NCBI RefSeq assembly: GCF_963921235.1
Contig: NC_086101.1
Coordinates: 11,162,001 to 11,226,000, forward strand
Length of the DNA: 64,000 nt
From: Mobula hypostoma
Taxonomy: Eukaryota
Direction of reading: 5' to 3'
Shown here: positions 52,901 to 61,958 of the stretch, piece after piece
Layout of the letters: every line of letters starts with the position of its first letter
How positions within the stretch are numbered: position 1 is the stretch's first letter
Position numbers and translations under genes: made by a program
Notes under the pieces: model-generated
Database searches by the model: none
What the model saw: the letters and a program-made list of their open reading frames with translations, nothing else
Told to the model about the DNA's origin: nothing

Positions 52901-55900
52901 CATCCATTCCTTTTACAGTTGGGAAATCCAAGACAATATTAGGAAATATAAAATCACCCACAATCAATTGTACTGGGCAATGAACCAGGGCAGGTGACAG
53001 ATCACTCAGTGGTGGGCTTTTTGGAGACGGTGACCTCAACTCCCTCACTTTTCCCATAGCCTTGGATGGGGATTTGAGCAGCCAGTGTAACTGGAGGATG
53101 GTGAGTTATGATGTTGTTAGGTGGAAACTTGGGATTGTCAACTGGGAATGGTGGTACATCGGGAAATGGACAATGTAGAGATGGTGTTGTTTAGGGAGCA
53201 CTTGCATGGGTTCATGGACAGGTTTGTCCCATTGAGACAGTGAAAGGGTGGGAGGGTGAAGAAACCATGGTTGACAAGACATATAGAACATCAGGTCAAG
53301 AGGAAGCAGGAAGTTTACTTCCAGTTTTGGGAAGAAAAGATCAGATGGGGTCTAGACAGTTACAAGGTAGCCAGGAAGGAGCTGAAAACTGGACTGAGGA
53401 GAGTTAGAAGACATGAGAAGGCCCTGATGAGTAGGATTAAGGAAAACCCCAAGGCATTGTACACATACATGAAGAACAGAAGGATAACTAGAGTGAGGTA
53501 GGACTGATCAGGGACAGAAGTGGAAACATGCCTGGAGTCAGAGGAGGTTGGAAGGGTCTTTAATGAAGACTTTGCTTTAGTATTCACTACTGAGAGAGAG
53601 ACAGTGATTTTTCTGAGAACAGCACAAAACAGGCTGATATGCTAGAACATTGACATTCAGAAAGAGGATGTGCTGGTTGTTTAGTAAAGCATTAGGATGG
53701 ATAAGACCACAGTCTATACCACAGGTTACTATGGGAAGTGAGGGAACAGATTTCTGTGTCATTGGCGGTTATCTTTGTCTCCTCATTTGTCACAGTAGTG
53801 GTGCCATATGCCTGGAGGGTGGCATATTAAACTAATTTGACAGGGGAATGGGAACCGGAGTGATCGTGCTGAGGATGAGGTAGTTGGTTTACAACCAGAG
53901 GCAGTGTGCAGTGAGACTCCTGACAAGGAGAGGCTGATGATAGGGGAAAATTACAGTCTACAGGGTGAGTTGTAATGTTAAAAAGTGGGCACAATCAAAA
54001 AGGTTGAATACAGGACTGAAGGTGTTGTATTTGAATGTGTGCAGTATACGGAATAAGGTAACACAGTTACCGATTGGCAAGTATCATGTACTAGGCATCA
54101 CTGATTCTGGCTGAAAGAAGATTATAGCTGTGACCTTAATGTCCAAGGATGCACATTGTATCAAAAGGACAGGCAGGAAGGCAGAAGGGGTGTCATGGCT
54201 CTGTAGTAAAAAAATGAAATCAAATCATTAGAAGGAGGGGATATCAGATCGGAAGGTGTTGAATAATTGTGGACAGAGCTTTGGAACGGCAGGGATAAAA
54301 AGACCCTGATGGGAGTTGTATACAAACCCCAAACAGTAGTTTGTGGTCTGCAAGTTACAACACGAGATAGAAGGTGCATGCCGAAAGGGGCAATGATACA
54401 AGGGGGGATTTCAATATGCAGGTAGATTGGGAAAATCAGGATGGTGTGGGATTCCAAGAGAGGGAATTTCTACAAAGCCTTGGAGAAGGCTTTGCAGAGC
54501 AGCTTGTGGTTGAGATCAGCTATTCTCGGCTGGGTGAAATGAATTGGAATTGATTAGAAAGCTTAAGGTAAAAGAAGACTTGGTGGGGGGGGGAGTGATA
54601 GTAATAAGGTTGAATTCACGCTGAAATTTGAGAAGAAGAAGCAAAAATCAGATGTATCAGTATTATAGTGGAATAAAGGGAATTACAGAGGCATGAGAAA
54701 GGAGTTGGCTAGAATTCATTGGAAAAGAACATTGGCGGGGATGACGGCGAAGCAGGAATGACTGGGATATGATACAAAGGATGTTTGTCTTTGGAATTTT
54801 CTGCACTGGAGGGTTGTGGGGTCTCAGTCACTCAGTTCATTTAAAGTCACAGAGTCTTCATCGTACAGCACAGAAACAGACCCTTCGACCCATCACCTCT
54901 GTGCTGACCTATTTACCCATCTATGCTCATTGCATTGGCCGGCATTAGGTCAGTCTCCTTCTGTGCCTTGTCTATTGGTGTCTGTCTGAGTGTCTCTTAA
55001 ACACAGTGATTGTATCTGATTCCATCACCTGCTCTTGCAGCAGATTCCAACATCAATCGCTCACTGTTCAAATAAACTCACCTTTAAACTCCTTCCTCTC
55101 ACCTCAGACATGTGACCTCTTGTATTTGATCCCCCTCCTGTGGGAAGAAGATTTCAAACATCTGCTCAATCTAACCCTTCATAATCTTATCTATTTCTGT
55201 CAGATCACCCCTCCGCCCATTTAAATGCATTTTGCCCGTATCCTTCAAAACCTTTCCTGCCATCGTTTCTCTGTCCCAGGCCTGAACTCCTCTTCTGTGC
55301 CAGTTCCACAGGGCCCTCAATTGTCCCGTGTTGCAGAAGATGATTGACCTCATTTTCTACCACATAACAGAAGCAAATGTGCTGCAGGTTCTAAAATGCA
55401 GAAAGGTAGATACATCCCCAGGTCCTGATCAAGTGTATCCCAGGCCTTTGTGGGAAGCTCAGTAAGAAATTGTGGGGCCCATTTGAAGATGCGTATATCA
55501 TTGATAGCTACAGGTAAAATGTCAGAAGTCTGGAGGGTGACTATTGAAGATAGACTGTAGAGAAAACCCTGCGAAATACAGGCGGTGAACCTAATGTTGT
55601 TGGTGGGTACATTAATGGAGGGGATTCTGAGAGACGGGATCTGCATTCATATGGGAAGGCAAGGACTAATCGGGGATACCCAGCTTGGCTTTCTGCATGG
55701 ATGGAGATGATGGAAGTGCAGTACGCATTGTCTACATGGACTTTAACAAGGTATTTGACAAGGTACTTCATGGTGGACTATTCCAGAGAGTTGGATCACA
55801 TGGGCTACACTATGATTTGGCCCACTGGATACAGAATTGGCTGGGTGGAGTCCTGTGACCAGTGGTGTTCAGCAGGGATCGGTGCTGGGTCCACTGTTCT

Positions 55901-57693
55901 TAATCATTCATATGAATGATTTGGAGAGAATGCAGGTGACATGTTTAGTAGGTTTGTGGAGGACTCTAAAATCAGTGGTGCAGTGGACAGTGAAGCGAGT
56001 TATTTAATTATTAATTTTCAGATATAGTGTGAAATGGGCCCTTTCAGCTCAGCAAGTCACACTGCCCAGCAACCAAGCTATCTAACACTAGCCTAATCAC
56101 AGAACAATTTACAATGACCAGTTAACCCACTAAGCAGTACCTGGACAAAACCCCTGCAGTCGTGGGGTGAACAGAGGCCCTCCTGACAGACGGCGCCAGA
56201 ACTGAACCCCAAATTCTGGAAGACCCCAAGGTGTTGTGCTATCCGCAACGTTACCATGACAATCCTGAATGTTACCATTATGACCATCGTTTATCCAATA
56301 TTACAACATGATCTTTATCAACTGGGCCAGTGAATAGAAGGTGGATTTTAATTCAGGGTGATGCGGGTTTTGGGAAGCAAACCAGGACAGGATTTACACA
56401 GGAATCAGTGGGTCCCTGGAGAGTGTTGTAGAACAGGGAGACCAGGAGGTGATTGTCTTCATCTGTCAGAATACTGAGTGCTAGAGCTGGCTCGTCACGT
56501 TATGTGTGTGCAAGACATTGGTAAGGCCACATTTGTAGCAATGTGTACAGTTCTGGTTACCTTCCCAAAGGAAGGCTGTCATTGAACTGGGAGGGAAGAA
56601 AACAGATTTATGAGGGCGTTACCAGGACTGGAGGGTTTGGTTTACAAGGAGAGGCTGGGACTTTCCCTGGAGCTTAGGAGGCTACCAGAGGAAGTTTAAA
56701 GGAATAATAGGTACACACAGGCAAGTGGGACAAGCTCATTGAAGCAAGTTGGCCAGGATGAATGAATTCAGCCGAACAGCCTCCCGGACCTCCTCTTTAA
56801 ATGCTTCCAATTTTCACTCACCCAGTCCTCATCTGGATCCAGTTGTTGTTCCACCCCTTCCTCACAATCCGTTTACACTGGCTATCTCCTCTTTCTTTCC
56901 ATTCTTGATGCTGGCTTTTGGCCTCAAACATCGACTGTCTATCTTCCACCACACATGCTGCTTCACCCGCTGAGATCCTCCAGAATTTTGGTGTGTTGAT
57001 CTAAAAAAAAACTCCACTCAATCCCTGGGAAAGATTTCTGTCGGCCACCCAACTTTACCTGTGGCCTAGCGGCCTTTCCCCCGGTCCGGTCCCGGGGCCG
57101 CGCTGCCCGAGTCTCCCTCCGATCCCCGGGGACTCTCTAATTCTCTGCTTCTCCCCACAGTCTCTGTCACCCTGGATGTGGAAACAGCGAATTCGGAACT
57201 CGAGGTGTCTGAGGATCGGAAGACTGTGAGACGGACCGAGGCCCAGAGAGATCTCCCTGACACCGGGAAGAGGTTCACAAAGTGGCGTTGTTTGCTGGGA
57301 TCGGAGGGATTCACATCGGGGAGACATTACTGGGAGGTGGAGGTGACGGAGAATCGGCGATGGAGGCTGGGAGTCGCCGCAGAGTCTGTGGAGAGGAAGG
57401 GAGGGGTCATACCGAGACCAGAGATTGGATTCTGGAGAATCGGGCGGGATGATGATGAGCTGAAGGTTTACACCTCCCCAGAGTCCCGTCTCCCTGCCGG
57501 TCCCATCCCCGGGAGGGTGGGAGTTTATCTCAATTACGAGTCCGGGACAGTTTCATTTTACAACGCGGAGACTAAGTCCCATCTCCATACCCTCACTGGG
57601 AATAAATTCACGGAGAAACTTCATCCTTTCTTCTGGATTGGATATAAAAACGAGTGGCTGAGAATCTGCTCTGGATCCGCTCCGGGTCTGTAA
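7681..57693 (+). CDS. Butyrophilin-like gene, 5'-partial: join(7681..7959,37401..37520,41413..41445,42408..42434,43744..43770,57161..57693); IgC-TM-heptad micro-exons-B30.2
   Basis: Six exons with canonical acceptors/donors, all phase 1, splice into a stop-free frame: [35 protein letters not shown]...LKCIIRS...[84 protein letters not shown]...[10 protein letters not shown]. The domain order matches butyrophilins. Confidence 0.88.
8480..11290. mobile_element. CR1 ORF2 fragments: old - strand copy interrupted by a + strand 3' end (about 9750-10645)
   Basis: [10 protein letters not shown] on the - strand; DTKVGG...RPHLEYC...[11 protein letters not shown] on the + strand; endonuclease [14 protein letters not shown] on the - strand. 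Confidence 0.8.
11425..15900 (-). mobile_element. Near full-length degenerate CR1 LINE with small nested inserts (about 11870-12290 and 13358-13452)
   Basis: ORF1 zinc/zipper/esterase (VIGDSTV, DGLHLN) at 14826-15743. ORF2 pieces include [22 protein letters not shown] and [11 protein letters not shown]. 3' tail (TTCTATGT)n near 11430. Confidence 0.88.
16990..19765 (+). mobile_element. CR1 LINE (end of ORF1 plus ORF2, frameshifted)
   Basis: [50 protein letters not shown] and [13 protein letters not shown] in successive ORFs; ttctatgt tail. Confidence 0.92.
20700..21269 (+). mobile_element. Rex1/Babar LINE 3' end inserted in the Tc1 transposase
   Basis: [22 protein letters not shown]...SHPLH...[13 protein letters not shown], then AATAAA and a (TATGAC)n tail. 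Related - strand pieces at 19765-20010 and 16780-16990. Confidence 0.85.
24055..26540 (+). mobile_element. Degenerate CR1 ORF2
   Basis: Endonuclease ([18 protein letters not shown]) through RT C-terminus ([12 protein letters not shown]...GDLIETY), with many stops and frameshifts. Confidence 0.8.
26545..28225 (+). mobile_element. Penelope-like element (RT, GIY-YIG, pLTR with hammerhead motif at 28135-28170)
   Basis: [18 protein letters not shown]...FLRYIDD...LPFLD...YYKPT is PLE reverse transcriptase; GIY-YIG follows at about 27540-27835. Confidence 0.92.
29523..29864. mobile_element. Mini Penelope insertion made of two inverted pLTR fragments, with 14-bp TSD
   Basis: About 29523-29651 is the reverse complement of about 29699-29828; CTATATTCTTACAT flanks both sides (29509-29522 and 29865-29878). 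Confidence 0.85.
29730..29765 (+). ncRNA. Minimal type I hammerhead ribozyme motif (intact core)
   Basis: agtc-CTGACGA-agggtctcggcct-GAAA-cg-TC-gact: CUGANGA and GAAA boxes, a GUC cleavage triplet and stem I agtc/gact. A mirror copy lies on the - strand at 29585-29620. Confidence 0.75.
29885..31830 (-). mobile_element. Degenerate CR1 ORF2 (endonuclease to RT N-terminus)
   Basis: [59 protein letters not shown]. Confidence 0.85.
31975..32870 (-). mobile_element. RTE-clade LINE 3' end
   Basis: [61 protein letters not shown]; (GAA)n tail at about 31975. Confidence 0.88.
33870..36770 (-). mobile_element. Second RTE-clade LINE fragment, split by a CR1 and a short LINE tail
   Basis: 33870-34300 is homologous to 32640-32870; 36255-36770 encodes [28 protein letters not shown]. 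Confidence 0.78.
34330..36250 (+). mobile_element. Young 5'-truncated CR1 LINE with uninterrupted RT
   Basis: 623-aa ORF with no stops ([37 protein letters not shown]) and a 3' tail ttctatgtttctatgttt. Confidence 0.95.
37401..37520 (+). CDS. BTN-like exon: stalk plus transmembrane helix
   Basis: Acceptor tttattctacag| and donor AAAG|gtacgt; 120 nt. Encodes [40 protein letters not shown], a hydrophobic run followed by basic stop-transfer residues. Confidence 0.88.
38230..39530 (-). mobile_element. CR1 LINE fragments
   Basis: [36 protein letters not shown] and a 3' end [20 protein letters not shown]. Confidence 0.8.
39535..41060 (-). mobile_element. Two Penelope-like GIY-YIG/pLTR fragments (39535-40290 and about 40540-41060)
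   Basis: [30 protein letters not shown]...[18 protein letters not shown]; degenerate hammerhead at 39576-39611. Confidence 0.85.
41413..41445 (+). CDS. BTN-like juxtamembrane micro-exon 1 (33 nt; [11 protein letters not shown])
   Basis: ctgtcttttcag|AGCTGGAA...GAATCTG|gtaaga; phase 1-1, in frame, coiled-coil-like peptide. Confidence 0.8.
42408..42434 (+). CDS. BTN-like micro-exon 2 (27 nt; GQWKPLLQS)
   Basis: tatttttttag|GACAATGG...GTCAG|gtatgt; phase 1-1, in frame. Confidence 0.72.
42445..42970. repeat. About 525-bp polypyrimidine/polypurine low-complexity repeat (CCCCCTCCCTCTCT-like units)
   Basis: Almost exclusively C/T on the + strand. Confidence 0.95.
43744..43770 (+). CDS. BTN-like micro-exon 3 (27 nt; VWKRIRGHE)
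   Basis: tttctgttttcag|TGTGGAAG...CATGAAG|gtaaga. The 27-nt W-K/R exon immediately before B30.2 is typical of BTN genes. Confidence 0.82.
43931..45251 (+). mobile_element. Non-autonomous Helitron (1321 bp) with STPR-like 23-aa repeat ORF
   Basis: A|TCTATATACTACTAAAA at the 5' end; GC hairpin GGGTG-C-CCC-GAT-GGG-T-CACCC (45221-45241), then CTAG|T at the 3' end. Inserted between A and T with no TSD. Confidence 0.85.
45845..48506 (+). mobile_element. Full-length hAT-Charlie/Buster transposon (Charlie3/MER1-like), 2662 bp
   Basis: TIRs CAGCGGTCCCCAACC / GGTTGGGGACCCCTG (14/15 match); perfect 8-bp TSD GTTTAGAG (45837-45844 and 48507-48514) with the central TA typical of Buster elements. Confidence 0.95.
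46046..47936 (+). pseudogene. Disrupted Charlie/Buster transposase
   Basis: BED finger ([17 protein letters not shown]), CxxH (CVTHR), RWLS and h[16 protein letters not shown]. Frameshifts near 46155, 46360 and 47385, and an in-frame TGA at 47889-47891 before [14 protein letters not shown]. Confidence 0.92.
49556..51736 (+). mobile_element. Internally deleted hAT (Tip100/ZMYM1-like) transposon
   Basis: Imperfect TIRs CAGGGGCGGCGCTA / TGGCGCCACCACTG. TTF-type zinc finger relic ([26 protein letters not shown]) is joined near 50700 to a hATC C-terminus (LTLPVTSAS...[16 protein letters not shown]). The element splits a CR1 relic; no TSD is recognisable. Confidence 0.75.
51737..56690 (+). mobile_element. 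Mosaic of old CR1 fragments
   Basis: [39 protein letters not shown] and similar motifs, heavily degraded. Confidence 0.65.
56020..56258 (-). mobile_element. Probable tRNA-derived SINE
   Basis: The - strand head has A-box-like GGTAACGTTGCGG and B-box-like GGTTCAGTTC, and it ends in a CR1-like tail (ctgaaagggcc). Confidence 0.45.
57161..57693 (+). CDS. Terminal exon: B30.2 (PRY-SPRY) domain
   Basis: Acceptor ttctccccacag|. Encodes [59 protein letters not shown] and LHPFF, then stop TAA at 57691-57693. Confidence 0.95.
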
Positions 57694-57757
57694 ACGGGTC
57701 GGGTCCGGGACCGGCGTCAGGAGTAAGTCAGTGTAAATATAAATGTGCGGAGAGTGA

Positions 57758-57763
57758 AATAAA
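57758..57763 (+). promoter_or_regulatory. Candidate polyadenylation signal of the BTN-like gene
   Basis: AATAAA about 65 nt after the stop codon. Confidence 0.55.
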
Positions 57764-58239
57764 CACGATGTGAGAATTATCCATCCATTAATTTTAACTC
57801 GTTTACCGCATTGTCAACGGAACAGAAACACTGCGGATTCAGCAGCAGCCGCGGGCGGCGGGTCCTGAGCTCCCCGGCTCCCCCGGGTGCTAAAGTCCAC
57901 CGGGACTGACCGGGTAACTGGGACAAGTGGTGGTGGTGCTGACTGGAAAAGGGAGGTCAGGGTGAGTCTTCAGGGACGGGACAGGGACCGGCGGTAACAG
58001 ACAAAGTGCCAAAGAATTGGTACAGAAAGGTGGAAGGAAGGGGGAGTAAAAGCTGACAGCTGATCCGGATGAGGGAGGGGTGGAGTGTGGAAATGTGTCA
58101 GAAGCTGGGAGGGGAGAGGTGGTGGAGACAAAGATGATGGAATCTGATCGGAGAGGGAAAGTGGAGACTGGAATAAAGGGAGGGAGCTGGGGAGGAGTGT
58201 GGGGGGGAGGGGAAGATGGAGAGGGTGGGAAGGAAAATG

Positions 58240-59290
58240 GCCACAAGCTTCCTGTGGGATTATCATTGTGGAATTGGGTTCCTATTTCCTTAATCTTCCT
58301 GGTGGCCTCTGGGACGTGATCTGTGAAGTGAGTTCTGTTGCCCTGATCATCTCGTTTGTAAGTGCAACATTCTTGTCCCATCTGGGCACACATGGTTCCT
58401 TTCTCAGATAAAACAAAGTCCAAAGCGTTTTGGATTTGCAATGGACCAGCACCAGTTCTGCCAACAATTTAGATATTGCTTATTGGCTTGGATCGAGAAC
58501 ATATACAGTTTAATTTACTGACTTTTCCAGTGCTGATGTCATGTTAATCAGTTCCTGTGCTGCTTTACCGGCTCCCGAGGCAAGTGTTACATTCTCCAGG
58601 GACAAGAGACTCCTGGATAGGTACATGGAGCTGAGAAAAATCGAGGGCTGTGGGTAAGCCTAGGTAGTTCTAAGGTAAGGATATGTTCAGCACAGCTTTG
58701 TGGGCCGAAGGGCCTGTATTTTGCTGTAGGTTTTCTGTGTTTCTATGTAACACCAAGTCCTTTTTACCCTGGGGTTATTGTCGTACAGAGGTATACACCA
58801 TCCTCTGAAACACTGGCTGTTTCCAAATTTACATCCCCATCCCCCAGTGACATTCTGGCCATCCGATAAGGGGATGAAGGGTCTATGTTTCTCAGTCCCG
58901 TCATCATTGTACCAGAAATACCCTGGGCTGAGGGCTTGGACCAATTAAAGTCACAGTTCATCTCTGTTTCAGTGAAGGACACATCCATTTCTACATGTGC
59001 CGGGACAGCCGTACACACCCAGCAGCTTGAGTGTTCGTGGCAGGGAAAGGACACGATCTAATCCAACTGCCATGGGTAGGCACCATCTTACAGTAAGAGG
59101 TGTGAATCCATGACGGTTTGTCTCTTTGATGGCTGTGTTAATGACCAGCAAAATCTGAAATGGTCCTTCAAATCGAGGTTCCAAACAGTTCTTTCTTTTA
59201 AATGTCCACACAACCATGTAGTCTCCGGGTTCAATGTCGTGGCATTTAAGGCCCACACTACTGGTTTCTGGGCTTTTACCTGTTGATGAT
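58240..59290 (-). mobile_element. Endogenous retrovirus relic: integrase C-terminus plus gamma-type env (SU/TM), interrupted by a CR1 tail at about 58605-58750
   Basis: IN: HDIEPGDYMVV..KRKNCLEPRFEGPFQILL (GPY/F motif). SU: SSCWVC (CxxC). TM: AAQELINMTSALEK heptad, ISD-like QIQNALDFVLSEKG and CAQMGQECC (CX6CC). Confidence 0.85.
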
Positions 59291-59459
59291 ATTTAGTGAT
59301 GCTGCCCAGCTTTCATTTCTCTCGTAGCTTTAGCAGTTGACCAAGTGGTCTTGTAGTGCAGCCTACAATCTAAGGCCAACCTATGCACAGAACGTTCCCA
59401 GGTAGCCACCATAGACAGTCCCCAGCCCGGCTCATTTTGGTAGGCCCAATTTGAAGACA

Positions 59460-60175
59460 GAATATAATATAAATGTTAATACTCTTGGCAGTGTGGAGGA
59501 GCTGAGAGAGGTCCATGTCGATAGGATACTCAAAGCTGCTGCGCAGATTGACAGTGTTGTTAAGAAGGCGTATGGTGTGTTGGCATTGAGTTCAAGAGCC
59601 ACGAGGTAATGTTATACCTATATATAACCTTGGTCAGAACGCAGTTGGAGTACTGTGTTCATTTCTGGTTACCTCACTACAGGAAGGATGTAGTTACTAC
59701 AGAGAGAGTGCAGAGGAGATTTACAAGGATGCTGCCTGGATTGCAGGTTGTACCTTATGATAATAGGTTGAGTATACTTGGCCTCTTCTCCTGGGAGTGA
59801 CAGAGGATGATAGAGGTGTATGAGATGATGAGGGGCATTGATCGTGTGGATAGCCAGAGGCTTTTTCCCAGGGCTGAAATGGCTAACACGCGGGGGCATA
59901 GCTTTAAGGCGCTTGGAAATAGGTACCGAGGGGATGTCAGGGGTAGGTTTTTCTACACAGAGAGTGGTGGGTGTTTCGATTGCACTGCCAGCGGCAGTGG
60001 TGGAAGCAGATACATTAGAGTTTGTTAAGAGCCTCTTAGGTAGGTACGTGGAGCTGAGAAAAATAGAGGGCTATGTGGTAGGGAAATTCTAGGCAGTCTC
60101 TAGAGTAGGTTACATGATCAGCACAAATTGTGGGCCAGTAGGCCGGTAATGTGCTGTAAATTTCTACGTTCAATA
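59460..60175 (+). mobile_element. CR1 3' end
   Basis: [44 protein letters not shown]. Confidence 0.85.
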
Positions 60176-60719
60176 TATGTAATAGTTGCATTGTATTGCT
60201 GCTGCACAGTTAAAAATATTCGCAACATAAACCTGATTCTGATACTGCTGCTGGCAAACAATAAATTCAATGTTACACGGTAAGTCAGTGATAATAAGCC
60301 TGATTCTGATTCTGACTCACTGGATCCCTTTTACTGGAATTGAAATTGAAGCTGAAAGCAACAATGAGGAGGAAAACTGTACGTTGACCTTGATTACAAG
60401 AGGATTTGAATCTGGATTGAACTTAAACTACGTTGGTGTAGTTATGAAAAAAATTACATAATTCAAGCATGTTTTCTGATGGGATAATGAGGAAGAGGGT
60501 TCCTCACATCAGAGCAGGACTGCACAGGGGTGAAGTCAGGAAGTTTCTCTGCAGCTGTGTCTGAGTAATTCCAGTGTGTCCGACATCTCACAATGTCACG
60601 TTGCCTCCAGATCAACCTTTTTATTGTGAAGATAGTTTCCATGCAGTTTAAATTATTTGAATAAGAGTTTGTCAAGAATTATAATTAAACACATTTTCAC
60701 CTTCCTGCCCGACATGTCT

Positions 60720-61958
60720 AGAACATAGAACATAGAATTGTACAGCACAGTACAGGCCCTTCAGCCCACATTGTTGTGCAGTCCCTCAAACCCTGCCTCC
60801 CATATAACCCCCCACCTTAAATAACTGTCTAGTAGTCTCTTAAATTTCACTAGTGTATCTGCCTCCACCACTGACTCAGGCAGTGTATTCCATGCACCAA
60901 CCACTCCCTCAGTAAAAAATCTTCCTCTACTATCTCCCTAAAACTTCCCACCCCTTAACTTAAAGCCATGTCCTCTTGTATTGAGCAATGGTGCCCTGGG
61001 GAATAGGCACTGGCTATCCACTCTATCTATTCCTCTTATTATCTTGTACACCTCTATCATGTCTCCTCTCATCCTCCTTCTCTCCAAAGAGTAAAACCCA
61101 AGCTCCCTTAATCTCTGATCATAATCCATACTCTCTAAACCAGGCAGCATCCTGATAAATCTCCTCTGTACCCTTTCCAGTGCTTCCACATCCTTCCTTT
61201 AGTGAGGCGACCAGAACTGGACACAGCACTCCAAGTGTGGCCTAACCAGAGTTTTATAGAGCTGCATCATTATATCGCAATTCTTAAACTCTATCCCTCG
61301 ACTTATGAAAGCTAACACCCCATAAGCTTTCTTAACTACCCTATCCACCTGTGAGGCAACTTTCAGGGATCTGTGGACATGTACCCCCAGATCCCTCTTC
61401 TCCTCCACAATACCAAGTATCCTGCCATTTACTTTGTACTCTGCCTTGGAGTTTGTCCTTCCAAAGTGTACCACCTCACACTTCTCCGGGTTGAACTCCA
61501 TCTGCCACTTCTCAGTCCACTTCTGCATCCTATCAATGTCTCTCTGCAATCTTTGACAATCCTCTACACTATCTACAACACCACCAACCTTTGTGTCATC
61601 TGCAAACTTGCCAACCCACCCTTCTACCCCCACATCCAGGTCGTTAATAAAAATCACGAAAAGTAGAGGTCCCAGAACAAATCCTTGTGGGACACCACTA
61701 GTCACAATCCTCCAATCCAAATGAACTCCCTCCACCACCACCCTCTGCCTTCTGCAGGCAAGCCAGTTTTGAATCCACCTGGCCAAACCTTCCTGGATCC
61801 CATGCCTTCTGACTTTCTGAATAAGCCTACTGTGTGGAACCTTGTAGAATGCCTTACTAAAATCCATATAGATCACATCCACTGCACTACCCTCATCTAT
61901 ATGCCTGGTCACATCCTCAAAGAACTCTGTCAGGCTTGTTAGACATGAACTGCCCCAC
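60720..61958 (-). mobile_element. Young 5'-truncated CR1 (same subfamily as 16990-19765 and 63857-64000)
   Basis: 253-aa RT ORF nearly identical to the 18785-19625 peptide; (TTCTATG)n tail at about 60720. Confidence 0.92.

Noticed and set aside
57178..57693. Stand-alone B30.2 or TRIM gene starting at GTG 57178
   Set aside because: A strong splice acceptor at 57160 and an in-frame phase-1 link to upstream exons explain it; no RING or B-box exons were seen in the window.
57890..58441. Co-opted syncytin-like env gene (183-aa ORF)
   Set aside because: Only about 60 aa are env-like; the upstream env has stops, a deletion and a CR1 insertion, and the rest reads through unrelated sequence.
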